NCBI GenBank assembly: GCA_965217585.1
Contig: OZ244561.1
Span: 3,232,001-3,296,000, forward strand
Reading direction: 5' to 3'
DNA from: Candidatus Latescibacterota bacterium
GTDB taxonomy: Bacteria; Latescibacterota; UBA2968; UBA8231
DNA length: 64,000 nucleotides
The first letter of the stretch is position 1. The number at the start of each line of letters is the position of its first letter. The notes under the pieces were generated by a model. The model made no database searches. It worked only from the letters and a program-made list of their open reading frames with translations, and was not told the origin of the DNA. Below are positions 51,231 through 60,173 of this stretch, one piece after another. A program made the translations under genes and the position numbers.

Positions 51231-51325
51231 AAAGGCCTCGATATCACAACGCCGCTCCCAGCACACTCGCCGTCGCCGGAACAGATGCAACCACGCCAGC
51301 GTCCGTTCCACCACCCACCGATATT
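51227..51325 (-). pseudogene. IS5-family transposase C-terminal remnant
   Basis: Minus strand reads RWVVERTLAWLHLFRR.RV.WERR.DIEAFL. Confidence 0.65.
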
Positions 51326-51366
51326 TTGCACTTTCATGTCACGGGTTTACCTCTGGAGTGTTGACA

Positions 51367-52365
51367 GTGAATAAATCAGAAAGTCACGGGCCCGGCCCCA
51401 AGCCGAGCATGCTGCTGTCCCCGGCGCAGTTGGACGAGTTCAAAGCAGAGGGGGTGCTCGCGATTCCGGGATTGATACCTCCTGATGTGCTTGAGGGGTG
51501 GCAGGACCAGATGCGCGCCGCTTGCTCTGGCGGCGTCGACCTCGACGACCCCAACACCTGGCCTGCCGGGCGGTACGCACCCGAGGGTGGTTGGCCCGAG
51601 CTCAGCCCCAACCTGTACGAGTTACCGAGCCTGCGGTCCATCGTCGAGCAGATCGGTGGCGGCGCTTTTGCCCCCTCCCACCCAGCGGGACAGCCGTGGA
51701 CTCCGCAGGTGCCAATGACCCGGGTGATCCTGCCGAGCGCTCCGGGCACGGAGTGGGCTCCCCCTGACGACGGTCACCTCGATGGGTATGCGACAGGCTG
51801 GGGCGGTGGGTTCATGGCGTTTTTCGCCGTGTTGCTCTGGGACGTCAGCAGCCCTACGGGAGGAGGCACGGCCTACTGGCCAAGGTCGCACCTGGCGAAC
51901 CACCGATACTTCCTCGAACATCCCGAGCAATTCGACGGCTCGTACCTCTTCACAGAGCCCGTGAAGAGCGGCGGACACCGGGCGCTCCTCGAGGGGGATT
52001 CCAGTGTGGGCGAGGTGGTATGTATGACGGGGCGAGCTGGCGACGCCATGCTGCTCCACGGCCTCACTACGCACGTCGGCTCGGCTAACGCGGCGGGGTC
52101 AAGGCAACCGCGGGTGGCGCAGTTTGCCCGGTACTCCCACAGGGAAATGCGCGAGCAGGCACCCATGGTCATGTTTCCTGACAAGGATGGCACGCCATGG
52201 TCGCCCCCGGTGCCGTCACCGCACGTTGGTAACACCCCGGTGGAGCGTGACGAGCAAGCGGCGGCGACCGGTTTTCTACCGCCGGGGCACCCAGGCCGGA
52301 GGCTCAAGCGATACGACGTAGCGCGGAACCTCTGGAAATATTGGGCCCCTGCTCTCAACACCTAA
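51367..52365 (+). CDS. PhyH-family dioxygenase (start uncertain, 51367 or 51409)
   Basis: LS..QLDEFKAEG, GHLDG, GGGT.YWPRSH, AGDAMLLH..T.H. Confidence 0.75.
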   Translation: MNKSESHGPGPKPSMLLSPAQLDEFKAEGVLAIPGLIPPDVLEGWQDQMRAACSGGVDLDDPNTWPAGRYAPEGGWPELSPNLYELPSLRSIVEQIGGGAFAPSHPAGQPWTPQVPMTRVILPSAPGTEWAPPDDGHLDGYATGWGGGFMAFFAVLLWDVSSPTGGGTAYWPRSHLANHRYFLEHPEQFDGSYLFTEPVKSGGHRALLEGDSSVGEVVCMTGRAGDAMLLHGLTTHVGSANAAGSRQPRVAQFARYSHREMREQAPMVMFPDKDGTPWSPPVPSPHVGNTPVERDEQAAATGFLPPGHPGRRLKRYDVARNLWKYWAPALNT

Positions 52366-52366
52366 T

Positions 52367-52443
52367 TCGCCCTGCACTTGGGGTCGCCGTCTGGCGTGCT
52401 AGCGGCGCTAGCGGAGGCTGCGGACGTGCCCTGCTGGATCCAA
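52367..52443 (+). repeat. Second, internally deleted fragment of the enolase-family gene
   Basis: tcgccctgcacttgggg...gcggaggctgcggacgtgccctgctgg; deletion at gcggcgct microhomology. Confidence 0.8.
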
Positions 52444-52445
52444 TC

Positions 52446-52587
52446 GGAAATTTTAGAATCGTTCTATCTTAACAAATTACAATAGGTTATGTATGATATC
52501 TCGACCTCGCGATATTTGGTTGCGACTGTTTATAAAGGCACGTACCTTCGGGTTAGATAGTAGCATCTAGCGGCGATTATCCGAATC
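52446..52587 (+). repeat. attI-like platform, copy 2 (truncated before core)
   Basis: attacaataggttatgt, ctgttta, cgtaccttcgggttagata, cggcgatta. Confidence 0.7.
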
Positions 52588-52619
52588 ACATGAATTGGAT
52601 ACCCCAATGGAGCACATAG

Positions 52620-53324
52620 ATGCATAGGCCACAGGCTATTCTCTTCGATTTCATAAATACCCTCGTAAGCAATTTGAAGTTCGATCCCCTCGCAGGTAAC
52701 ACTCGCCTTCTCGAATATGTAGTGGATCGAAAAGGTATATCACCTGAAGAGGTAACGACTGAGGCAAAAAGGCTCGATAGTGAGGTTTCTGTTGAGGGTA
52801 ATTCAATCATCGAATTCACTAATCATCAGTTTAATCGACTACTCTTTGATCGACTCGGCATCACCTTTCGTGAACCCATGGAGGTAATCGAACTGGAATT
52901 CTGGAAAGAATGTATGCTTTTCTCTCCTGAGCCCGACATTGCCGATGTATTGACCGCCTTATCTGCACATAATTTGAGAATGGGGGTAGTAAGCAACCAT
53001 CCAGGATCTGGAACGGTCCTCTCCTGGGAACTTCAACGTCATGAACTGCTCAACTATTTTGAATTTGTTATCTCTAGCGCCGATTATGGGATAAGAAAGC
53101 CCCATTCCGTGATTTTCACCTCAGCGGCCACCCGATTGGGCATGGCACCTTCAGAGATATGGTATGTAGGCGACACGTTGGAGACCGATATGGTGGGGGC
53201 GAAGCAGTGCCACATGAGTGCAATCTGGTATAACAGGCGACAACAAGAGCCTGCGGATATCCCTGTTGATGCAGAGGTTAGGAGCTGGGAGGAATTCCTG
53301 GAGTTGGCTCAAACGTATTTGTAG
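52620..53324 (+). CDS. HAD-family hydrolase
   Basis: ILFDFINTL, VVSN, RKP, YVGDTLETD..GA. Confidence 0.88.
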   Translation: MHRPQAILFDFINTLVSNLKFDPLAGNTRLLEYVVDRKGISPEEVTTEAKRLDSEVSVEGNSIIEFTNHQFNRLLFDRLGITFREPMEVIELEFWKECMLFSPEPDIADVLTALSAHNLRMGVVSNHPGSGTVLSWELQRHELLNYFEFVISSADYGIRKPHSVIFTSAATRLGMAPSEIWYVGDTLETDMVGAKQCHMSAIWYNRRQQEPADIPVDAEVRSWEEFLELAQTYL

Positions 53325-54097
53325 GAATAACCGTAATCGCTGTTTGCAGCCAAGAATTTTGTAGGAGTTAAGAGATTATGAAGCTGTTGACTAGGGACTC
53401 ATTCAAGAAAGCAAGGACTTTCGTGATGGAGCAGGGCCGGGAATTAGAAAGACGGCTTCTATCGTATTATTTCGATGATGGAACTCCAACCGCGATCCTG
53501 GACGAACTTGCTATCTATCAGAATCAGGATGGCGGTTTCGGCAATGGCCTTGAACCCGATCTCCAAATGCCCAATTCATCCGTTATCACGACGACCATTG
53601 CGCTGCGCATTCTCAGAGAGATCAAAGCGACTAGTGATGATGAGATTGCCCGCAAGGCAATCCAGTATTTGATAGCCGAATACGATTCGACTCAGAGCAG
53701 ATGGCCTATCGTCCTACAAGCGGTGGATGAATACCCCCATGCGCCGTGGTGGAATTTTGAGAATACGGCGGATACTTTTGGCAATTTCCTGGCCAACCCT
53801 CGTGCGGAGGTCGTGGGCTATCTACATGAATATCACGAGTTGGTACCTACAGACCTGACTAAACAGCTCACGGTAGAGGTTATAGAGCATATAAAAACAT
53901 TACCAGATGAGATGAACATGTACGATTTTATCTGCTGTGTTCATCTGGTTGAGACGGCTGCCCTGCCCCGATCCTCGAAAGATACGTTGGCGGAAATACT
54001 AATTCAGAGAGCACACTACGTCGTCGTTCATACGCCGGAAGAATTGATGGGGCCCTCTGCCAGACCGCTCTGGTTAGCTTCTACACCCACCTCGTTG

Positions 54098-55584
54098 CAC
54101 CCCTTTGAAGGTGGCCTGAGATTTGTCTAAACGATTTATTTACTTCAGTTACTCTTCTCGACTGGAGGTATGTCTGATGCTGGATGCCGTGTTCCATCGT
54201 TTTGTCGACCAAAGCCCGGTCACCGTGATGGTGGGGGGCTTGCTGGAACGGGTGCTGACCCCGGATAAACTCGATGCCTGGTTTGAGCAGACGACGGAGA
54301 AGCAATATACCCGTGAGTTGTTATTTTCCACCGTCTTCGATCTGATGAGTCAGGTGGTCTGTGGCATCCGCCCGTCGATGCATGCGGCCTATCAGGCGAA
54401 GGCCGACGAGGTGGGCGTTTCGATCAAGTCGGTCTACAACAAACTCAATGGGATCGAAGCGCCCACTTCGTCGGCCTTGGTCGGCTACAGTGCCACCTGT
54501 CTGGATCCGATTATTACGCAGTTGGGCGGCATGCGACCGCCGGCTATTCCGAAATACCGGCTCAAGATCGTCGATGGCACCTGTCTGTCGGCGACACAGC
54601 ATCGTCTGTCTGAACTGCGGGTGCTGTCGGCGGGTGCGCTGCCGGGCAAATCGCTGGTGGTCTATGATCCGGCGCGACAGATGGCCCTTGATGCCATCTG
54701 CTGTGAAGATGGCCATGTCCAAGAACGGGCGCTGTTGGATCACCTGTTGGAGTTGGTCGAAGCCGATGATGTGTGGATGGGCGATCGGAACTTCTGTACG
54801 CGGGCGTTTCTGTGTGGCATCGAAGCCCGATCGGCCTATTTCATTATGCGGCATCACCAAAATCTGGCCTGGGAAGAAGTCAGTTTTCGCATCGAACAAG
54901 GGCGCATTGAGACCGGCGTCGTCTATGAGCAAACGGTTCGTATCTGTGATGAAGACGGGGCCCGCCATACGTGGCGCCGCATTGTCCTCCGACTGGATCA
55001 ACCCACCCGCGATGGTGCCACCGAGATCGTCATCCTGAGCAATTTGCCCAAGGGCACGACTACGGCCAAACAGATCGCCCGGTTGTATCGCCAGCGCTGG
55101 AGTATCGAACATGCCTTTCAAGAATTGGCCCAACATCTCAACGCCGAGATCAACACCTTGGGCTATCCGCCCGCGGCGCTGTTTGCCTTTGCCCTGGCGC
55201 TGGTAGCCTACAATATCCTCGCCGTGGTTAAAGCCGCCTTGCGCAAGGTGCATGGCGTCGAGACGATCGAGGAGGAGTTTTCCGGGTACTACTTGGCCGA
55301 CGAGATCGCCACTACCTATCGCGGCATGATGATTGCCATCCCGCCCCAGCAGTGGGTCCTCTTTCGTCAGTGGTCGATTCCCCAGTTGGTCTCGATGCTA
55401 TGCCAGCTAGCCGGTAAGGTCAATCTCCGACGCTTCAAAAAGCATCCGCGGGGACCTAAAAAAACACGTCCCAAACGGCAAAAGGAGGAGACCCAACCCC
55501 ATGTCTCTACAGCACGGCTCCTGGCGAAGCGAAAAATAGAAAAGAAGAAACTGTAAAACTCTTGATGTCACCTTCAAAGGGGTG
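54098..55584 (+). mobile_element. IS4-family element
   Basis: IR cacccctttgaaggtg / caccttcaaaggggtg; 12-bp target duplication cccacctcgttg. Confidence 0.93.
54177..55556 (+). CDS. IS4-family transposase
   Basis: IVDGT, GDRNF, YRQRWSIEHAFQEL. Confidence 0.93.
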   Translation: MLDAVFHRFVDQSPVTVMVGGLLERVLTPDKLDAWFEQTTEKQYTRELLFSTVFDLMSQVVCGIRPSMHAAYQAKADEVGVSIKSVYNKLNGIEAPTSSALVGYSATCLDPIITQLGGMRPPAIPKYRLKIVDGTCLSATQHRLSELRVLSAGALPGKSLVVYDPARQMALDAICCEDGHVQERALLDHLLELVEADDVWMGDRNFCTRAFLCGIEARSAYFIMRHHQNLAWEEVSFRIEQGRIETGVVYEQTVRICDEDGARHTWRRIVLRLDQPTRDGATEIVILSNLPKGTTTAKQIARLYRQRWSIEHAFQELAQHLNAEINTLGYPPAALFAFALALVAYNILAVVKAALRKVHGVETIEEEFSGYYLADEIATTYRGMMIAIPPQQWVLFRQWSIPQLVSMLCQLAGKVNLRRFKKHPRGPKKTRPKRQKEETQPHVSTARLLAKRKIEKKKL

Positions 55585-55837
55585 CCCACCTCGTTGCTAG
55601 CAGAGACACTGAAGAGCGAAGTAGATATGAATTTGGATTTCGATATTGAGCATCAAAATCCAGATGGCTCTTGGTCTCCTACTTGGACCTGGTATGGCCA
55701 GTATCCAGAAGCCTGGGAGCAAGCCGAACAGCATTGGAAGAGTTGTTTGACCGTTGAGATACTAAAGGCGTTAAAAGAATTTGGGCGGATTGAGGGTCTT
55801 TAGAGGCGATACTTTCAATATCACTTCAGATCGTCTT

Positions 55838-57250
55838 ATGAAACGAGAAGACTACTTTCGCTGGGCTGAGCGAGCTGCCCGATGGGGTGCCGAGTACCTG
55901 GCCACGCTTGATGAGCGGCCCGTTCGGGCGCAGACCGCACCGGGTGAGATCGCTGCGCTGCTGCCTTTAGCGCCACCGGAAGAGCCGGTAGATATGGAGA
56001 CGATCTTCGCCGACTTTGAGCGCATCGTACCCGACGGCATGACGCACTGGCAACACCGGCGCTTCTTTGCGTACTTCAGCGCCAACGCCGCTCCGGTTTC
56101 GATGATCGCCGAAAATTTGACGGCGGTCATGGCGGCCCAGTGCATGCTCTGGCAGACCTCACCGGCAGCTACGGAGATTGAGACCCGGATGGTCGATTGG
56201 ATGCGCCAGGCCCTTGGGCTACCGGAAGGGTTCCAGGGGGTTATCCAGGACTCGGGAACGTCGGCAAATGTCTGCGCCGTACTAACGATGCGCGAGCGCG
56301 CGCTAGGCTGGCGAGGGATCGATTCTGGAATGGTGGGGGAGCAACAGGTCCGGGTCTATGCCTCACCGGAGACCCACTCGTCGGTTGACAAGGCGATCCG
56401 CATCGCCGGTATCGGCCAACAGCATCTCGTCAAAGTCCCGACCGATGGTTCCTGGGCGCTCGATTCAGAGGCGCTGCGCCGGGCGATTGACGCTGATCGC
56501 GCAGCGGGTTTTCTCCCGGCCGGTGTCGTCCTTTGTGTTGGGGGCACGTCGATCGGCGCGTCCGACCGCGTGCACCAGACCATTGAAGTGGCACGAGAGC
56601 ACGATCTCTACGTCCACGTCGACGCCGCGTGGGCTGGTTCCGCGATGATCTGTCCTGAGCTACGGGAGTTGTGGGAGGGCGTCGAGGGAGCCGACAGCAT
56701 CGCCTTCAATCCCCACAAGTGGCTCGGTGCGCAGTTCGACTGCTCGATCCAGTTTCTTGCGGACCCAGAACCGCAGGTTCGCACCCTCGGCGTCCGTCCA
56801 GATTACCTCCAAACCCTCGGCCAAACCGAGATCACCAATTACAGCGAGTGGACGATCCCCTTGGGGCGTCGGTTCCGCGCCCTCAAGCTCTGGTTCCTGC
56901 TGCGCGCGCACGGTCTCGAAGACCTCCGCCAGCGCATCCGGAACCATATTGCCTGGGCTGAGGAGGCCGCCGCGGCGATCGCATTGCTGGACGGCTTTCG
57001 CCTGACGACGGACTGCCACCTTTCGCTCTTCACGTTCCAGTATGCCCCCGACGGCGAGAATGCCAACGACGCCACCGAGCGCCTGCTCCGCGCGGTCAAC
57101 GATGACGGCCGGATCTACCTGACGCAGACAATCCACGAGGGACAATTCGTCATCCGCTTCCAAGTCGGGCAGTTCGACTGTAGAAGGGAGGATGTGCTTA
57201 TGGCGGTCGATGTGCTGCGGGAACTGGCCCACGCGATCCATTTGGAATAA
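55838..57250 (+). CDS. PLP-dependent group II (aromatic-L-amino-acid-type) decarboxylase
   Basis: THWQH..FFAYF, SPAATE.E, HVDAAWAG, NPHKWL, LGRRFRALKLW. Confidence 0.92.
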   Translation: MKREDYFRWAERAARWGAEYLATLDERPVRAQTAPGEIAALLPLAPPEEPVDMETIFADFERIVPDGMTHWQHRRFFAYFSANAAPVSMIAENLTAVMAAQCMLWQTSPAATEIETRMVDWMRQALGLPEGFQGVIQDSGTSANVCAVLTMRERALGWRGIDSGMVGEQQVRVYASPETHSSVDKAIRIAGIGQQHLVKVPTDGSWALDSEALRRAIDADRAAGFLPAGVVLCVGGTSIGASDRVHQTIEVAREHDLYVHVDAAWAGSAMICPELRELWEGVEGADSIAFNPHKWLGAQFDCSIQFLADPEPQVRTLGVRPDYLQTLGQTEITNYSEWTIPLGRRFRALKLWFLLRAHGLEDLRQRIRNHIAWAEEAAAAIALLDGFRLTTDCHLSLFTFQYAPDGENANDATERLLRAVNDDGRIYLTQTIHEGQFVIRFQVGQFDCRREDVLMAVDVLRELAHAIHLE

Positions 57251-57251
57251 C

Positions 57252-57758
57252 ATGACAGAAATAGATGCATCCTGGTATCAACGGCCAACCGATATCCCAG
57301 AGCGTGTAGCCAGTGGCGGTGTAGTCGTTCGACTTCATGACGAGCAAATCTTCGTTGCTCTGACACGTGAGGGCGATATGGAAGAGTATGTCTTACCCAA
57401 AGGCGGTGTCGAATCGGGTGAAGACCTGCTAAAAGCCGCGTACCGCGAAATAAAAGAGGAAACGGGCCTGACGGATTTGACCTTGGTCAACAAACTCGAA
57501 GTCGTCGAACGCTTAACCTATGATAAAGACTTTTGGGCCGTGATCCATCTCTACTTGTTTCAGACCAAACAGATTGAAGCTACACCAACCGATACAGTCT
57601 ATCACTATGAGATGAAATGGTTCCCGATTGATCGGCTTCCCGGCTTTTTATGGCCTGAGCAGAAAGCATTATTGGAGCGTCATCAAGAGGACATTGTTCG
57701 CGAGATTAAAGCGATATCTGACATGAATAGAAGAAAATCTACACCTCTAACAGAGTAG
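57252..57758 (+). CDS. NUDIX hydrolase
   Basis: LPKGGVESGE....AYREIKEETGL. Confidence 0.9.
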   Translation: MTEIDASWYQRPTDIPERVASGGVVVRLHDEQIFVALTREGDMEEYVLPKGGVESGEDLLKAAYREIKEETGLTDLTLVNKLEVVERLTYDKDFWAVIHLYLFQTKQIEATPTDTVYHYEMKWFPIDRLPGFLWPEQKALLERHQEDIVREIKAISDMNRRKSTPLTE

Positions 57759-57771
57759 GAGAAACGCAGGC

Positions 57772-58134
57772 ATGGAACGCGCGTACCCCATCCTCCGGAT
57801 TGACGATTACGAAGAGGCAAAGAGCTACTACATCGAGTTCTTGGGGTTCAAAATCGACTTTGAGTGGCGTCATGCCGAGGATTTCCCCGTCTATATGGGC
57901 GTTTCGCGAGGCGGCTTAGCACTTCACTTATCGGAGCATCTCGGCGAACCGGCCGGCCGGCCTGGCGCAGTCCAACTTCAAGTCGAGAACGTCCTCGATA
58001 TCTATGAAGAGCTAAAGAGTAAGAAGGGCGACATGACGGAAGAGCCCATCGACCAGGCATGGGGCTCGACGGAGCTAAAGCTTATGGATCCATTTGAAAA
58101 TCAGCTAACCTTCACGAGCCCCACCCCCAAGTAG
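57772..58134 (+). CDS. VOC/glyoxalase-bleomycin-resistance family protein
   Basis: PILRI..., LGFKIDFE, LHLSEH, WG....DPF.N.L.F. Confidence 0.88.
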   Translation: MERAYPILRIDDYEEAKSYYIEFLGFKIDFEWRHAEDFPVYMGVSRGGLALHLSEHLGEPAGRPGAVQLQVENVLDIYEELKSKKGDMTEEPIDQAWGSTELKLMDPFENQLTFTSPTPK

Positions 58135-58173
58135 GCTTGACTATCATCCGCAACTCCCAAGCTGGCACTGCAA

Positions 58174-58260
58174 CCATAACACGTCCACTTGCGCTGCGGC
58201 GCATCGTAGCCACACATAGGTCTTAGCAGGGGCTCGTTTATGCGCCATCAACATCACGAC
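58174..58260 (+). other. Decayed attC-like site
   Basis: ccataac after the VOC gene, inner ggcgcat / atgcgcc stem; no intact GTT end. Confidence 0.4.
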
Positions 58261-58315
58261 GAAATCGCCGCTGAACTACCGCGTCGCCTGAAACAGCCTA
58301 TCCCTGGGGGAGGGC

Positions 58316-58476
58316 ACCGAATGTGCTATCTCAAGCTATCACAAGGGGTTACGTAGAGTACCCCAGCCTCGCGGGTGTTGGTTGAGACTGTTTACAAGAA
58401 GACGTACCTTCGGGTTAGATAAGCAGCACCTAACGGCGATTACCCTAACCAATTGTTCGGGTACAAGCAGTTATCG
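58316..58476 (+). repeat. attI-like platform, copy 3 (intact, first cassette inserted at G/TT 58470)
   Basis: taccctaac-caatt-gttcgggta-caagca-gttatcggca; last 10 nt complement tgccgataac at 59118-59127. Confidence 0.8.
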
Positions 58477-58526
58477 GCAAATCGCCCGAACCCTACGGAG
58501 CATGCCATTTCCAAAGAGGGCAATGG

Positions 58527-59039
58527 ATGTCTGAGGCATCAGGGCCAGCAAGGAAATACGAAGCATTTCTGGTAGAAACGGGAGGACAGGATGTTCTCGT
58601 CACCTGGTTTCCTTCTCACGATGTGCCGGAAGGGCAACGCCACGGCTCTGGTGGTATTTGCTTGACAGACAACGGCGAGGTTGTGTTGGCTACGCAAGAT
58701 GGGGAAACGTGGGGATTCCCGGCAGGCAGACCGGAAGGAAGTGAGTCGTGGGAGGAAACCCTGCGGCGGGAGATGAGAGAGGAAGCATGCGTTGAGGTCA
58801 GAGAGGCAAAGCTTCTGGGATTCTCACGCGGAGAGTGCATCAGGGGGCACGAAAAGGGTCTGGTGCTCGTGCGCTCGATCTGGCTAGCGAGAGTCGAGCT
58901 CAATGAGTGGGCGCACGAACACGAGACGCTGGCGCGCAAACTGGTTCAACCTGAAGGAGTCCTTGGGGAGCTGGCGCTGGACGTTTTTCTACCACTGCAC
59001 TATCGCGCTCTCATTGCTGCTGGCCTATTGAAGGAGTAA
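58527..59039 (+). CDS. NUDIX hydrolase (cassette)
   Basis: PAGRPEG.E...TLRREMREEA. Confidence 0.85.
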   Translation: MSEASGPARKYEAFLVETGGQDVLVTWFPSHDVPEGQRHGSGGICLTDNGEVVLATQDGETWGFPAGRPEGSESWEETLRREMREEACVEVREAKLLGFSRGECIRGHEKGLVLVRSIWLARVELNEWAHEHETLARKLVQPEGVLGELALDVFLPLHYRALIAAGLLKE

Positions 59040-59120
59040 GCAACCGAGGCCACACTCGGTTTGCGAGTTCTCGTTTGCACCCCACGCCTCGTCTCAAAGA
59101 CGGGCTGCGAAGGCGACTGC

Positions 59121-59212
59121 CGATAACAGCACGTTTTGCGCTGCGCCGCCCTTCAGGCGGCTTGGCCTTCGGCAACGCCTAGTCGGCGTTCGCAAACCGG
59201 AAAACGTTATAG
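59121..59212 (+). other. attC site
   Basis: cgataac ... tttgcg / cgcaaa ... gttatag. Confidence 0.85.
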
Positions 59213-59247
59213 GAAGTCGGCCCCGCAAAGCTCACCAAGAGGGAACT

Positions 59248-60129
59248 ATGCCATATGCTTCTATAAACGGCTTCCGGATGTTCTACGATGTCCGCGGGGA
59301 GGGCGAGGTCGTCGTGTTCATACACGGAGGATTTCCTTCCCTTGACATGCATCTCCGTGCGCAATCGAGTGGTAAGTGGGGATGGGAGATGGATTTCACA
59401 TCAGATTTCCGATTTGTGATGTATGATCGACGGGGCTGCTGGCTGTCTTCTCGTCCGGAGTCTGACTATGACATTGAGAATCAGGCACGGGATTTGTCTG
59501 AGTTGCTAGACCACCTTGAAGTGGAAAAAGCACACGTGATTGGTTCCTCTGCAGGGGGTCCAATTGCAATGCTGTTTGCAACTATCTACCCGGAGAGAGT
59601 TAAAACACTCGTATTGGCTGGTACCGCTGCGAATCTTTGGCCAGAGGAAGACCCGGTTACCCAAATTGTCAAAGAACAGTTGGGAATCCTTGAGAAACAG
59701 GATGCGGCGGCAGCTTGGGAGAACCGACCAAAGAGTGTTGAGCTTTCTCTAGATGTCCTGTGGGAATGCGAAGAGATGAAGGAAATAGGAGCCCTAGCAG
59801 AATACGAAGAGCGAATAGAGAAACTTGTAGCGAGGTCCAGTTTACCAGAACGTGTGCAATGGTATGGAATTCAGTTGCAAGCGATTGGCGCGTACCTTGA
59901 CAGAGATATAACTGTCGAATGCGGTCAAATAGGGGCTCCTACACTTGTGGTTCACGGGGCTAAAGACAGAGAAGTGCCCGTGGATTGGGGCCAGGATCTC
60001 GCAACGAAGATTCCCAGAGCCGCATTCCGGATGTATCCGGATGAGCCACACAGCCTTGTCCACAGAAGTGGTGGGGTGCGTGAGAATCTGATGGCGTTTT
60101 TCCGAAAAAGAGGGGATAGAGAGTCATAG
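59248..60129 (+). CDS. Alpha/beta hydrolase (cassette)
   Basis: HGG, YDRRG, GSSAGG nucleophile, PTLVVHG.KD, H. Confidence 0.9.
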   Translation: MPYASINGFRMFYDVRGEGEVVVFIHGGFPSLDMHLRAQSSGKWGWEMDFTSDFRFVMYDRRGCWLSSRPESDYDIENQARDLSELLDHLEVEKAHVIGSSAGGPIAMLFATIYPERVKTLVLAGTAANLWPEEDPVTQIVKEQLGILEKQDAAAAWENRPKSVELSLDVLWECEEMKEIGALAEYEERIEKLVARSSLPERVQWYGIQLQAIGAYLDRDITVECGQIGAPTLVVHGAKDREVPVDWGQDLATKIPRAAFRMYPDEPHSLVHRSGGVRENLMAFFRKRGDRES

Positions 60130-60173
60130 AAATCCCAGAGAAGGCGAAGTCGACATCGTATAACACGGTGCCC

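Larger units (their letters stand above)
53378..55803 (+). pseudogene. Prenyltransferase/alpha-alpha-toroid-like protein interrupted by IS4
   Basis: YQNQDGGFGNGLEPD, PHAPWW; C-terminus QNPDGSWSPTWTW resumes after the IS. Confidence 0.8.

Noticed and set aside
51085-51366. N-terminal extension of the 426-aa ORF
   Set aside because: Out-of-frame read of the duplicated gene fragment and IS5 remnant
52620-57758. attC sites between HAD, toroid, decarboxylase and NUDIX genes
   Set aside because: Intergenic gaps are short with no AAC...GTT stems; these genes are not individually demonstrable cassettes
58250-58316. Possible intI remnant upstream of the platform copies
   Set aside because: No tyrosine-recombinase motifs recognisable upstream of any of the three copies
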